A stretch of DNA of 64,000 nt, from positions 128,001-192,000 of the forward strand of contig JBDRZU010000002.1 of NCBI GenBank assembly GCA_039804105.1, given 5' to 3'. The stretch is from a candidate division WOR-3 bacterium. GTDB taxonomy: Bacteria; Hydrothermota; 32-111. The notes below the pieces were generated by a model. It was not told the origin of the DNA. It ran no database searches and saw only the letters and a program-made list of their open reading frames with translations. How positions within the stretch are numbered: position 1 is the first letter of the stretch; every line of letters starts with the position of its first letter. The position numbers and the translations under genes were made by a program. Of this stretch, positions 53,343 to 63,117 are shown one piece after another.

Positions 53343-54052
53343 AATTTTTTTAAAATGGTTAGAATCCTCAATCTCCAGACAAGCCAAAAGGCTTCCCATA
53401 TTATCTTTTTGTTCATCTTTGAATAACCATCAATTCTATCTCTGAAAATTATTGGGATCTCTTTAACTCTTCCATTTTTTCTATAAATTTTTACATCTAT
53501 CTCTATCTGAAAAGCGTATCCATCGGACTTTATTTTTGAAAGATCTATATTTTTCAAAAAGGATACTCTATAACATTTGAAACCACCAGTAAGATCATCT
53601 ATTGGAACACCTGTTATCAATTTTGCGTAAATGTTTGCAAAATATGAAAGCAAAAGTCTTTTCATCGGCCAGTTTACAACACTAACTCCATTGCAATACC
53701 TTGATCCAATCACAAGATCATAATTTTGGATTTCCTTCAAAAACCTTTTTATGTCATCAGGATCATGAGAAAAATCAGCATCCATCTCGAAAACATAATC
53801 ATAACCTTTTTCTATCGCATACTTGAATCCAAGAACATATGCGGTTCCAAGACCCATTTTTTTAGATCGTTGAATAAGATTTATCCTTTTATCCTTTTCG
53901 ATCATTCCTTTCACAATATCCGCTGTTTTATCAGGTGAGTTATCATCAATAACAAGTACTTCAATAGATTCATCCTGTTTTAAAACTGAATTGATAATTT
54001 TTTCTATGTTATACTTTTCGTTGTAAGTTGGAATAATTATTAAAGTTCTCAT
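53339..54052 (-). CDS. Polyprenol monophosphomannose synthase (Dpm1-like GT2)
   Basis: IIPTYNE..NI, DDNSPD.T, GLGTAY..GF, EMDADFSHDP, GSRY, D.TGGFKCYR, GYAFQIE; ATG 54052 after GAGG, internal promoter TTGAAC-17-TATAAT. Confidence 0.9.
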   Translation of the reverse strand: MRTLIIIPTYNEKYNIEKIINSVLKQDESIEVLVIDDNSPDKTADIVKGMIEKDKRINLIQRSKKMGLGTAYVLGFKYAIEKGYDYVFEMDADFSHDPDDIKRFLKEIQNYDLVIGSRYCNGVSVVNWPMKRLLLSYFANIYAKLITGVPIDDLTGGFKCYRVSFLKNIDLSKIKSDGYAFQIEIDVKIYRKNGRVKEIPIIFRDRIDGYSKMNKKIIWEAFWLVWRLRILTILKKL

Positions 54053-54083
54053 ATGACAACCTCTCATAAATTATACAAAATTT

Positions 54084-56576
54084 TTATCTTCTGTTCAACA
54101 TAATCCTTTTTTCAAAAAAGAAAACTAAAAAGGCGATGATTATCCCCAAAATTGATATCAGAAGTGAAACAATTTGCAAATTTGGGGAGAAAGAAAATAC
54201 AATCTTATTTTTCCCTTTTTCAATCTTCACTCCTCTGAAAATTCCATCGACCTTCAACAGTTGAGAACAATTAGCGTTAACATTTACCTTCCATCCTTTA
54301 TAGTATTGGTCAAGCATCACAAGTATAGATTCTTTATTCGTTTGAACTGTAAGTGAAACTTTATTTGGTGTATAAATTATAGAATCGATACGATACTCTA
54401 AAACACTATCCATTTTTTGTAAATCCACTTCTGAATTTTCAACAATCGCATATTTTCTTGGATTGAAATATTCTCTATCGATTATATTTAAAGCTTCGTT
54501 TATGTTATCTACTTTTATAAAAGAATCCACAACAAAAAATCTGGGTACAAAATCAGTTGAAATATGTAACATATAATCGTTTCCATAGAAGAATGGTTGA
54601 AATCCCATATTTCTAAAAAGGTTCTGATAAAAAATAATCATATTCTGTGTTGAAAGGGGGTATCCAGTTGTATCCTCTGGAATTTTTGGTGTTATAAGGT
54701 ATTTTACATTCAACAATCTTAACCTGTTCTTCTTATCGAAGAGTGTTTGTGGATTGAACATTACAGAACCTGAATTATTGATAAAAATCTGGTATTCATA
54801 AAAAGGACTTGGATGGATACCGGATATGGTCTGGATTCCATAGAGATTTAAGAAATCGTTTTCACCATATGAAATTGGAAAAACTCTAAAAAGATCCATA
54901 TCTTTTTGGATCTGTGAAACAATTTCATCCTTTTTATAGTATTCACCAGGTGATGGTACCGAAACCACATAATCTTTTGAATAGTAATACATTTCAAAAA
55001 ATTGAAACAAACTCATAGAGAGTAAAAGATAGAATCTGTTGATATTTTTAAATTTTGAAATAACAAAAAAAACCGAAACTATAATAATTATGTTGAAAAC
55101 AATTATTAATTTTAGATTGTTCAAACAATACCTTAGGTTGTTGATTCTCATCTGTTTTATGTTTTCAGGAAAAGTTTGTAAAATATTTTTTGAAAACAGA
55201 TTCTCATAAATAACTGGAAAAAGAATAATCGAAAGACCAAGAAGAGTTATCAGAATCAAAGATATTCTCAAAGATTTCAAATCGATATCCTTTAGCATCA
55301 AAGAGGATAGTGTTACGAGAGAGAAAATGTTTATAAAGATGATAAGTTCAGGTGCCCTGAATTTATCAAAATATGGAAACATTATCCAGAAAAATCTAAA
55401 AAATGGTGTCTTTCCACCAAGTGCTATTAAAAGAGTTATAAAAAAGACAATCGTGAAAAAACTTTGAACTCTATCCTTTTTACTCCTTAAAATTCCTGCT
55501 AATCCAAAAAACATTATCAATATTCCTGGATAAGAGTGGTGAAGCTTGAAAGGATTTTCACCCCAGTATGTGTTAATCTGTCCAACATTGACACCAGCGA
55601 AACCATGGAAGAACATATCTATTATATCAGGGAATCCCATCGACCAACTGATAGAATAATTGTAATCTCTTGATATTCCTCTTGCAGCTTCAGGTAAAAA
55701 TCTCAAAATTGGAACATATTGAACCGATGAAACAAGAAAAGTGATAAAGGTAAAAAAGATTAAAGAAGAATACACCATTAAACTTTTTTTATTAAAATAC
55801 TTATCAAGTATCATGGGTAAAAACACTGTTATCAAAAGAAAAATTAAAAAACCCAAATTTTTGTTTACAAATGAAAAAATCACTCCTAAAATGAATGAAA
55901 CAAGATAAGTCCAGTTTCTATATTTATTTTTGAAATCTCTATCAATATGTAAAAATGATACAAAAAAGAGTGAAGTTAGCAAAACATAGTAAGATGATTG
56001 AATATGACCTGAAAGAAACATGAATCCTGAAGCAATCCCTCCAAAACCATAATAGAACAATTTTTCTTTTTGAAAACCCATATAAACAAAATACAGAACA
56101 AGTGGTAGATAAGACATAACAATAACTCTTCCATCATGTCCACCATAGGTTTCAGTCAAAATTATTCCTGTGAACATATAAGCAATGCTTCCAAAGAATG
56201 AAATATCTTTATTGTCCGTTAATTCCTTCAGAAACATATATGTTCCAAATCCTGCTATAAATGAATGTATTACAAAAGTCAGAGTCCACAGGATAAACAT
56301 AGGAATAAACATTTTTAAAAATAGAGTTATAGGATAGAATATGTCTCCAAGAAAACCTTCACCTGTTGGAATACCCGTAAATTTCATTGGATTCCATAAA
56401 GGAAAATTTCCACTCATTATATTTTCTTGAACAAAATATCTCTGTATATATTCACCCATAACCCAATCTGTACCAAATAACATTTTTCCTGTGAAAAGAA
56501 CTTTACCAAAAATTATCAATGGCAAAATCGCAAGAACAACAATGTAAACAGTGTCTTTTCTAATACTATTTTTCAT
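54084..56576 (-). CDS. YfhO-family (GT-C fold) membrane glycosyltransferase
   Basis: PLWNP...G.P, FYP, many TMs, FRAP, C-terminal GW.V.VN...FRGV....G. Confidence 0.85.
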   Translation of the reverse strand: MKNSIRKDTVYIVVLAILPLIIFGKVLFTGKMLFGTDWVMGEYIQRYFVQENIMSGNFPLWNPMKFTGIPTGEGFLGDIFYPITLFLKMFIPMFILWTLTFVIHSFIAGFGTYMFLKELTDNKDISFFGSIAYMFTGIILTETYGGHDGRVIVMSYLPLVLYFVYMGFQKEKLFYYGFGGIASGFMFLSGHIQSSYYVLLTSLFFVSFLHIDRDFKNKYRNWTYLVSFILGVIFSFVNKNLGFLIFLLITVFLPMILDKYFNKKSLMVYSSLIFFTFITFLVSSVQYVPILRFLPEAARGISRDYNYSISWSMGFPDIIDMFFHGFAGVNVGQINTYWGENPFKLHHSYPGILIMFFGLAGILRSKKDRVQSFFTIVFFITLLIALGGKTPFFRFFWIMFPYFDKFRAPELIIFINIFSLVTLSSLMLKDIDLKSLRISLILITLLGLSIILFPVIYENLFSKNILQTFPENIKQMRINNLRYCLNNLKLIIVFNIIIIVSVFFVISKFKNINRFYLLLSMSLFQFFEMYYYSKDYVVSVPSPGEYYKKDEIVSQIQKDMDLFRVFPISYGENDFLNLYGIQTISGIHPSPFYEYQIFINNSGSVMFNPQTLFDKKNRLRLLNVKYLITPKIPEDTTGYPLSTQNMIIFYQNLFRNMGFQPFFYGNDYMLHISTDFVPRFFVVDSFIKVDNINEALNIIDREYFNPRKYAIVENSEVDLQKMDSVLEYRIDSIIYTPNKVSLTVQTNKESILVMLDQYYKGWKVNVNANCSQLLKVDGIFRGVKIEKGKNKIVFSFSPNLQIVSLLISILGIIIAFLVFFFEKRIMLNRR

Positions 56577-57480
56577 TTTTCCTCCATATTTTTTTATCAC
56601 CTATAAAGAAGAAAAGATAGAATATTTCACCTATGGTAACTTGAATTCTTGAAAGTAAAGATCCGATAGCAGCCATTTCTGTTCCAGTATATCCTTTCAA
56701 AAGAAAGAATATCATACCTTCTCTTACACCTATACCAGCGGGCATTAAAATAGATAAGAAGCCAACAACCCAGCTGGAAGGATAAACGCTCAACAGTCCT
56801 ATAAAATCATAAGTTTTTAATGTGAAAGAGTATATCAAAAGATAAAACTCAATACCTGAAAAGATCCATACCAAAAAATAAAGAAACATTATAAAAATGT
56901 ATTCATCAAAACCAATAACAAATTCAAACTTTTCCTTTTTCAAAAATCTGAACATAAGATTTATAACTTTTGTAAAAACAGCAGGCAGAGAGAACAGTAT
57001 GAAAAATAGAAAAAGTGTTAAAGATAGAATGATATATAAAATGTTTTGATTCGATCTGATTATTGTAACAAGAAAGAAAAACGCACCCGTCAAAAGAAGC
57101 AGATATGTTTCAAGAACAACAGCGGTAAAAGATTTTTTCTTTGGAACACCAACCCGTTCAAGTAGAGCGATTCTGCCAACTGTAAACCAGAGTTTTCCTG
57201 GAATATACTTACCAAACATTGAAATCCCTATTATCCTCATCAAAGTATAAAGATCAACATCATGCCCCAAAGATATTAAAATCCTTTTAAAGGAAAAACA
57301 CATAAAAAAATACCATACAGGTATCATCAAAAAGGAAAGTGTAAGAAAGTAGAAATTGAATTTAATAGATTTGAAATCGACCTGTTTTATATAACCAAAA
57401 AGTTTATAGAATATAAAAAAAACTATCAGAATAACTATTATAACCAAAACAAAATTAAAAATTTTTTCTTTTTTATTCAT
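56566..57480 (-). CDS. Lysylphosphatidylglycerol synthase TM-domain / flippase-like protein
   Basis: GKYIPGK.W, PAGIGVRE, multi-TM. Confidence 0.8.
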   Translation of the reverse strand: MNKKEKIFNFVLVIIVILIVFFIFYKLFGYIKQVDFKSIKFNFYFLTLSFLMIPVWYFFMCFSFKRILISLGHDVDLYTLMRIIGISMFGKYIPGKLWFTVGRIALLERVGVPKKKSFTAVVLETYLLLLTGAFFFLVTIIRSNQNILYIILSLTLFLFFILFSLPAVFTKVINLMFRFLKKEKFEFVIGFDEYIFIMFLYFLVWIFSGIEFYLLIYSFTLKTYDFIGLLSVYPSSWVVGFLSILMPAGIGVREGMIFFLLKGYTGTEMAAIGSLLSRIQVTIGEIFYLFFFIGDKKIWRKNEK

Positions 57481-58639
57481 TGATTAAATCCATATATTTT
57501 CTGTTTACGCTATCGATCGAAAACTTTTCCTTTATCTTTTTGAAACCATTTTCTTGCAACTCTTTATACATTTTTTCATTTTCAATAATATAATTTATTT
57601 TATCTGCGAGTTCTTTTTCATCCTTTTCTCTAACAAGAAGCCCTGTCACTCTATCCTCTATTATATCAACTATTCCTCCAACATTCGTGCCTATTGAAAC
57701 AGTTCCGTTAACGATCGCTTCAACGAGAACCATACCAAGTCCTTCTGTATCACCATTTCTGTCATGGATTGCAGGAAGAACAAATATTTTACTTTTTCGA
57801 TAATATTCGATCAAATCCTTATCACCTACAAAACCAAGGAATTTTACACGCTCTGAAAGTTTTTCTTTTTTTACTAGTTTTTCAAGTTCACTTTTTTTAT
57901 ACCCATCACCAACAATATAAAGTTTATAATCAGTTTTTACAAACTTCATCGCTTTGATAAGATAATCCACCCCTTTTCTCTCAACCAACCTTCCAACAAA
58001 AAGAATTATGTTCTCTTTTTCTGAAAAATTGATTTTTTCTTCAATCCGAACACCATAGGGAATAACCTCTATACTATATTTTTTGTTGCAAGTAATCTCT
58101 TCTATCTGTTTTTTTGTATATGAAGAGATAGCAACTATTTTATAAGAATTCTTCAAAATCAAATTGAGGATAATTTTTTTACCAAAAAAACTTTTTTTGA
58201 AAAGTTTTAATTCAGCCCCGTAGAATACAGAAATTATTTTCTTTTTAAAAAATAGTTTTGCAGGAAAAGAGATAAAAAAAAGTGGAAATGGCCAATGCAC
58301 AAATATAAAATCTATCTTTTCATTTTTTAAAATTTTTAAATTTTCAATTATTCCCGTTAAAAAAAATAATGGTAAAAGAAAGAATGCCTTTTTGTTAAAT
58401 TTTAAATAATCCATTATAGTATAATCATGAGTAATTTTCATGAGGTTGTTTGGCGCATAGTTGAATCTAAAAATTTTAATTTTTTTATATTTCTGTTTTT
58501 TGGATACATTTTTATAACCTGAGGTTAAAACAAAAACCTTATTCGTTTTTGATTGTTCTTCCAGAAGATCAACAAGCCATGGAGTTATTATATCTTCTTT
58601 ATTCCTTTTAAATGCGGTTGTTATATGGAGTAATTTCAT
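57473..58639 (-). CDS. Glycosyltransferase family 4
   Basis: FVGRLVERKG, EGLGMVLVEA, GGIVDII. Confidence 0.9.
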   Translation of the reverse strand: MKLLHITTAFKRNKEDIITPWLVDLLEEQSKTNKVFVLTSGYKNVSKKQKYKKIKIFRFNYAPNNLMKITHDYTIMDYLKFNKKAFFLLPLFFLTGIIENLKILKNEKIDFIFVHWPFPLFFISFPAKLFFKKKIISVFYGAELKLFKKSFFGKKIILNLILKNSYKIVAISSYTKKQIEEITCNKKYSIEVIPYGVRIEEKINFSEKENIILFVGRLVERKGVDYLIKAMKFVKTDYKLYIVGDGYKKSELEKLVKKEKLSERVKFLGFVGDKDLIEYYRKSKIFVLPAIHDRNGDTEGLGMVLVEAIVNGTVSIGTNVGGIVDIIEDRVTGLLVREKDEKELADKINYIIENEKMYKELQENGFKKIKEKFSIDSVNRKYMDLINE

Positions 58640-58640
58640 A

Positions 58641-59321
58641 TCAGTTCAAAAAACCTATTTTTAAAATTGTATAAAAGGTTCTAATCGCATCTTTTATTCT
58701 GATTTTTTTACCCTCTTTGTAACTTCTCGGATAATAGTTGATCGGGATCTCTTTAATCTTTACTCCCATCCTTTTCAATTTCATCGTTATCTCTGGATCT
58801 ATTCCAAATCCTTTTGAAGTAATTTCAATTTTTTTAAAATAATCACTTCTTACCATCTTATAACATGTTTCCATATCCTCTATTCTCTGCCCAAGAAAAA
58901 AAGATGTTGAGAAAGTCATAATCATATTTCCCAGAAATTGTAGGAAAGTTAATTTTTTTATGTTTTGTTTAGTGAACCTGTTACCATAACAAGCAATACT
59001 TTTTCCTTCAACGATCGGTTTAATGAGTTTTAGAAGATCGTTTGGATCATATTCAAGATCAGCATCCTGAATAACAACCACATCTCCTGTAACAAATTTC
59101 TGTCCCGTTTTTATTGCTCCCGCTTTACCAACATTTTTATCATGGAATCTAACTTTGACGACATCATCTTTTAAATCTCTTAAAATCTCTCTTGTGCCAT
59201 CGGTAGACATATCGTCAACAACAATTATCTCTTTATCTAATGGTACACTTTTCACTTTTTCTATTATCTTTAAAATATAATCTTTTTCATTATAAACTGG
59301 AATAATAACGGAGAGTTTCAT
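58641..59321 (-). CDS. Glycosyltransferase family 2 (DPM/DPG synthase-like)
   Basis: IPVYNE, DD.STDGT, QDADLEYDP, DMETCYK, EGKKI. Confidence 0.9.
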   Translation of the reverse strand: MKLSVIIPVYNEKDYILKIIEKVKSVPLDKEIIVVDDMSTDGTREILRDLKDDVVKVRFHDKNVGKAGAIKTGQKFVTGDVVVIQDADLEYDPNDLLKLIKPIVEGKSIACYGNRFTKQNIKKLTFLQFLGNMIMTFSTSFFLGQRIEDMETCYKMVRSDYFKKIEITSKGFGIDPEITMKLKRMGVKIKEIPINYYPRSYKEGKKIRIKDAIRTFYTILKIGFLN

Positions 59322-60226
59322 AACTTTTTTTTCAACTCTTCGATATCCTCAATAACTATCGATAAAAGTTCAGAAACAAAACCAAGAATGAACATCAAAA
59401 GACCTGAAATTATTAAAAGTATCACAAGATATAGAATTGGCCTAAAACCAAAACCAAAAAATAATCTAACGATCAAAGCAATAATACCTATTAAAAAACC
59501 AAGTATAAAAAGAATACCTCCACTTATTCCAAAAAATATCATCGGTTTTTTCAAAAATGTTGTTAAAAATTTAACAGTCAAAAGATCAAAAAATCCTATC
59601 AGGATTCTGAAGGAATTTGAATATTTTGAAACACCGTGTTTTCTTGGGTAAAGGGTCACTTTTTCCTCGGTCACAGAGAACCCTTTTTCAATTGCAAGAG
59701 ATACAATATATCTGTGCCAATCTCTTCTTAAATGTATAGAATCAAGAACCTCTTTCTTGAACGCTTTAAGTCCATTCTGATCATGTATTGGAAGATTAAA
59801 AAATTTTCTTGAAAGATAGTTATAAATCTTTGAGACGAATGCTTTTTTATATTTACCCTGCTTCCAACCAGTACAGATATCAAAATCATCATTTTCTATT
59901 CTCTTCACGAGTTTAAGACAATCATCAAAAGAATATTGCATATCAGCATCATAGATTACAAAAATTTCTCCTGCAGAGATTTCTTTCGCTGTTAAAATAC
60001 CGGCTGTTTTTCCAAGATTTTTTTTATGTTTTAAAACTTTTATGTTCTGGAATTTTTTTGACAATTCAAAAGCTTTTTTGTAAGTCCCATCATTCGAACC
60101 ATCATCCACAAAAACAAGTTCCCATAAATAATTTTGACTTTGATTGAACTTGTCGAAAGTTTCAAAAAGTTCATCAACATTTTCAACTTCATTGTACGCT
60201 GAACATAAAACCGATACCTTTATCAT
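59318..60226 (-). CDS. Glycosyltransferase family 2 (GtrB/ArnC-like, C-terminal TM pair)
   Basis: AYNE.EN, VDDGS.DGT, DAD.Q, HRY, R.HG.SKY, two TMs. Confidence 0.88.
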   Translation of the reverse strand: MIKVSVLCSAYNEVENVDELFETFDKFNQSQNYLWELVFVDDGSNDGTYKKAFELSKKFQNIKVLKHKKNLGKTAGILTAKEISAGEIFVIYDADMQYSFDDCLKLVKRIENDDFDICTGWKQGKYKKAFVSKIYNYLSRKFFNLPIHDQNGLKAFKKEVLDSIHLRRDWHRYIVSLAIEKGFSVTEEKVTLYPRKHGVSKYSNSFRILIGFFDLLTVKFLTTFLKKPMIFFGISGGILFILGFLIGIIALIVRLFFGFGFRPILYLVILLIISGLLMFILGFVSELLSIVIEDIEELKKKL

Positions 60227-62760
60227 TTTATCCTCAACACTTTATCAACTATTTCTTGATATCCGTTTTTAAACTTAATATAGTAAACACCTTGCGGAAG
60301 TTTATCATCGATAACTATTTCAGTTTTTTCATTCAAATTAAATTTTCTGTTGATCACTTTTTGTCCCAAAGCATTGATAACATCCATTTCAACTTTTCCA
60401 GTGCCTTCTAAAAAAACTCTGTATGGATTTTTTTCAGACCAGTAAAAACTGTTCGTATAGAGTATCATTTCATTCCCAAAAGAATCGATATTTACGCTTC
60501 CTACTTTAATCTTTAAACCACTCGTTCTTATCAAAAATAGATTATATGTGCCACCATCAACATTTTTATGAACAAATCTATTGTTATTCTTCTCACTTTT
60601 AAAAATTTCTTTTTCATTAAATTCAATTGAAATTTTAGAAAAATATGGATCCTCGATTTGATACTCGATTATCACATTTTCACCATCCCTTCTTGAAGTT
60701 ATGTCTATATTTTCAAGTTTTGTATCAACTGAAAAAGTGCCTGTTCCACCTGCTTCTTTATACCTTGCAACAAACTCCTGTAAAAACATTTCAGCAAAAT
60801 ATTTTGAATGCAATATAACACAGTTCTCATCGTTACCTGTTTCAGCAGCATCTGTCCAATTGTATGAGCCCGTAATCACTATTGGATTTGAATTCCAAAG
60901 ATCAGCATCGATAAGCATATACTTGTGGTGTAAAAGATTCCCAGAAACATTATCTTTGAAAACATCGGCAGGTGGAGACCACGGGTTATTTGAAAATGAG
61001 CTGTTATAAAGCCCTCTCATATCAAGTGATTTTGAATAATCAGCATTCCAATATGTTGCGTCAAAAACTCCTCTCACAACAACTCCATTATCATATTTTG
61101 ATTTCATTGCATCACATATACCCTGATGAGAAAAAGTAAATATACAAAAGTAAATCGATTTATTTGCAGTGGAAATTGCGTTTATTATTTTTGAGGCAAC
61201 ACCATCCGACGGTGACATATATACTTCAACAGTATCATTTGCAACAATAAATTTATGTGTAATATTATCGGTTTTTTGAGTTGAAAACTTTGATTTTGTA
61301 GAATCAGGTATCATCGTTGTAGAACCCCACATTTCTGAAAATTCTTTAATAAAATTTTCTGCAACCTGTCTATCTTTGATAATTATTGAATTGTTTGCAT
61401 TCAGATCTGTACAGTTGTCAGTTACATTCCAAGACCCTGTAAATGTTATCGAACTATCGATAACACAAAATTTGTTATGCATAATATTTGAACCACCATA
61501 AGTTAAAGGATAATCATCGTCAATAACTTTAATGCCCGCACTTTCGAGTTGTGCAACCTCAGGTAAAGTTCTGTTATCTTTATCCGTTATAAATCTTATT
61601 TTCACTCCTCTATTATGTGCAGCAATAAGTGAATCAGCAACAATTCTTCTATCAAAATCATAGAAACAACAATCAATCGTTTTAGTTGCATTATGTATAT
61701 AAACACAAAGAATGCTATCGAGTGATGAAGTATCCTCTGCAATATTGTATATCCCAAGTGTTTCCTCAACAGTTTTGTTAAAATGAACATCAAAAAAAGT
61801 ATCAAGTGTATCTATAACTATATATCTATAATAATCTGTCGGGGCAAGTGGCGGTAGAAATCTTATTCTGTTTTTATCATCATAACCTTTAATATAATAT
61901 CTTAAATCAGTATGTATAGGATAAGACGGAATGGTTTCAACATAAGTAGTATCATCTATCTTTGCCATTAGAATTGAATCTTTTGTATAAAAATTGTTTG
62001 TTGAATAAAATATTTTTAAATACTGAATCGTAGTATCAGAAAAAGCGTTACATGAGATAACAGTCTTATCGAGAAATGTTGGTGAGGATGGTGTCCTTAT
62101 TTGATTTTTAAGAGAAAAATAAGATGGATTGAGTCCTCCTGTATCAGGACCTGATGTTGATTGTCCTGATGCTCTATTCCAGACATAAGACAATGATTCT
62201 GAAACCTCTCCATAATATTCAACACCTTCAAGATCCTCAGGCCATCTAATGTATGACAGATCGGTAACAGGTGTTACAGGTATAGGATACCAGACACTTT
62301 CAGGATTTGCGGTTGTATATTTTGTTATATAAGCAAAACAATCGATTATCGAATCGGAACTATTTTTTAAATATATCTGATCACCGGTATTGGCGAGTGC
62401 GAAACTACCATTGATTTGGAGCGCTCTTGTTCCACTTGTTCCAGGATATGCAGCGAAATCAGGATAAAAACCATACTGTTTGTAAAAAGAATCAGCATAC
62501 ATTGCAAGAGTTATTTTTCCTTTAGGATAAAGGTAATAGTTATTCGAAGGGATAGTCCAGATTCCCTCTCCATCTGTTATTTTCCATCCATCGATAAGAA
62601 CCGGTGCGTCACTTTTATTAAAAATCTCTATCCATTCAGATCGATCTCCTCCTATACTTGGATCAACAAGAACTTCTGTTATCAAAGGATTATGTGAAAA
62701 CAGAAAAACATAATAAATTAGAGAAATTACAAACAAAAATTTTTTTTTCATAATCAACAT
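60223..62760 (-). CDS. Secreted lamin-tail-domain + phospholipase D/nuclease protein with a T9SS-like C-terminal domain
   Basis: Signal peptide (start possibly 62751), ITEV...EWIEIFN, two HKD motifs MHNKFCVID and LHHKYMLID with TGS.N, C-terminal LPQGVYY...KVLRIK. Confidence 0.85.
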   Translation of the reverse strand: MLIMKKKFLFVISLIYYVFLFSHNPLITEVLVDPSIGGDRSEWIEIFNKSDAPVLIDGWKITDGEGIWTIPSNNYYLYPKGKITLAMYADSFYKQYGFYPDFAAYPGTSGTRALQINGSFALANTGDQIYLKNSSDSIIDCFAYITKYTTANPESVWYPIPVTPVTDLSYIRWPEDLEGVEYYGEVSESLSYVWNRASGQSTSGPDTGGLNPSYFSLKNQIRTPSSPTFLDKTVISCNAFSDTTIQYLKIFYSTNNFYTKDSILMAKIDDTTYVETIPSYPIHTDLRYYIKGYDDKNRIRFLPPLAPTDYYRYIVIDTLDTFFDVHFNKTVEETLGIYNIAEDTSSLDSILCVYIHNATKTIDCCFYDFDRRIVADSLIAAHNRGVKIRFITDKDNRTLPEVAQLESAGIKVIDDDYPLTYGGSNIMHNKFCVIDSSITFTGSWNVTDNCTDLNANNSIIIKDRQVAENFIKEFSEMWGSTTMIPDSTKSKFSTQKTDNITHKFIVANDTVEVYMSPSDGVASKIINAISTANKSIYFCIFTFSHQGICDAMKSKYDNGVVVRGVFDATYWNADYSKSLDMRGLYNSSFSNNPWSPPADVFKDNVSGNLLHHKYMLIDADLWNSNPIVITGSYNWTDAAETGNDENCVILHSKYFAEMFLQEFVARYKEAGGTGTFSVDTKLENIDITSRRDGENVIIEYQIEDPYFSKISIEFNEKEIFKSEKNNNRFVHKNVDGGTYNLFLIRTSGLKIKVGSVNIDSFGNEMILYTNSFYWSEKNPYRVFLEGTGKVEMDVINALGQKVINRKFNLNEKTEIVIDDKLPQGVYYIKFKNGYQEIVDKVLRIK

Positions 62761-63114
62761 TTAAGATTTCGAAAGTTTTCTGTCCATCTCTCTTAACCTT
62801 CTGACAAGGGTTGTTATCAAAGCACCAAGGAGTGGATCCTCTTCAATCTGTTTTAGAAGCGATTTTCTATCAATAATGATAACAGTTGAATCCTCTAAAG
62901 CAGCAGCAGATGCAGATCTTGGCCTTCCGTCTATGATAGCCATTTCACCGAGAAATTCACCTTCGGTTACTATATTTAATCTCTTTTTACTTTCTCCTTC
63001 GTTTACAAAAATTTCAATTTTTCCACTTTTTACAAGGTAAACTTCATCCGGAGGATCCCCCTGTTTGAATAACAGTTCCCCTTTCAGAAAAGTTTTTTCA
63101 AATTTTTCTAAAAT
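62761..63114 (-). CDS. Stand-alone cyclic-nucleotide-binding domain protein, probable ATT start
   Basis: Frame stays open back to the secF stop: ILEKFEKTFLKGELLFKQGDPPDEVYLVKSGKIEI...GEFLGEMAIIDGRPRSASA; no ATG/GTG/TTG before 62943. Confidence 0.8.
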   Translation of the reverse strand: MLEKFEKTFLKGELLFKQGDPPDEVYLVKSGKIEIFVNEGESKKRLNIVTEGEFLGEMAIIDGRPRSASAAALEDSTVIIIDRKSLLKQIEEDPLLGALITTLVRRLREMDRKLSKS

Positions 63115-63117
63115 ATT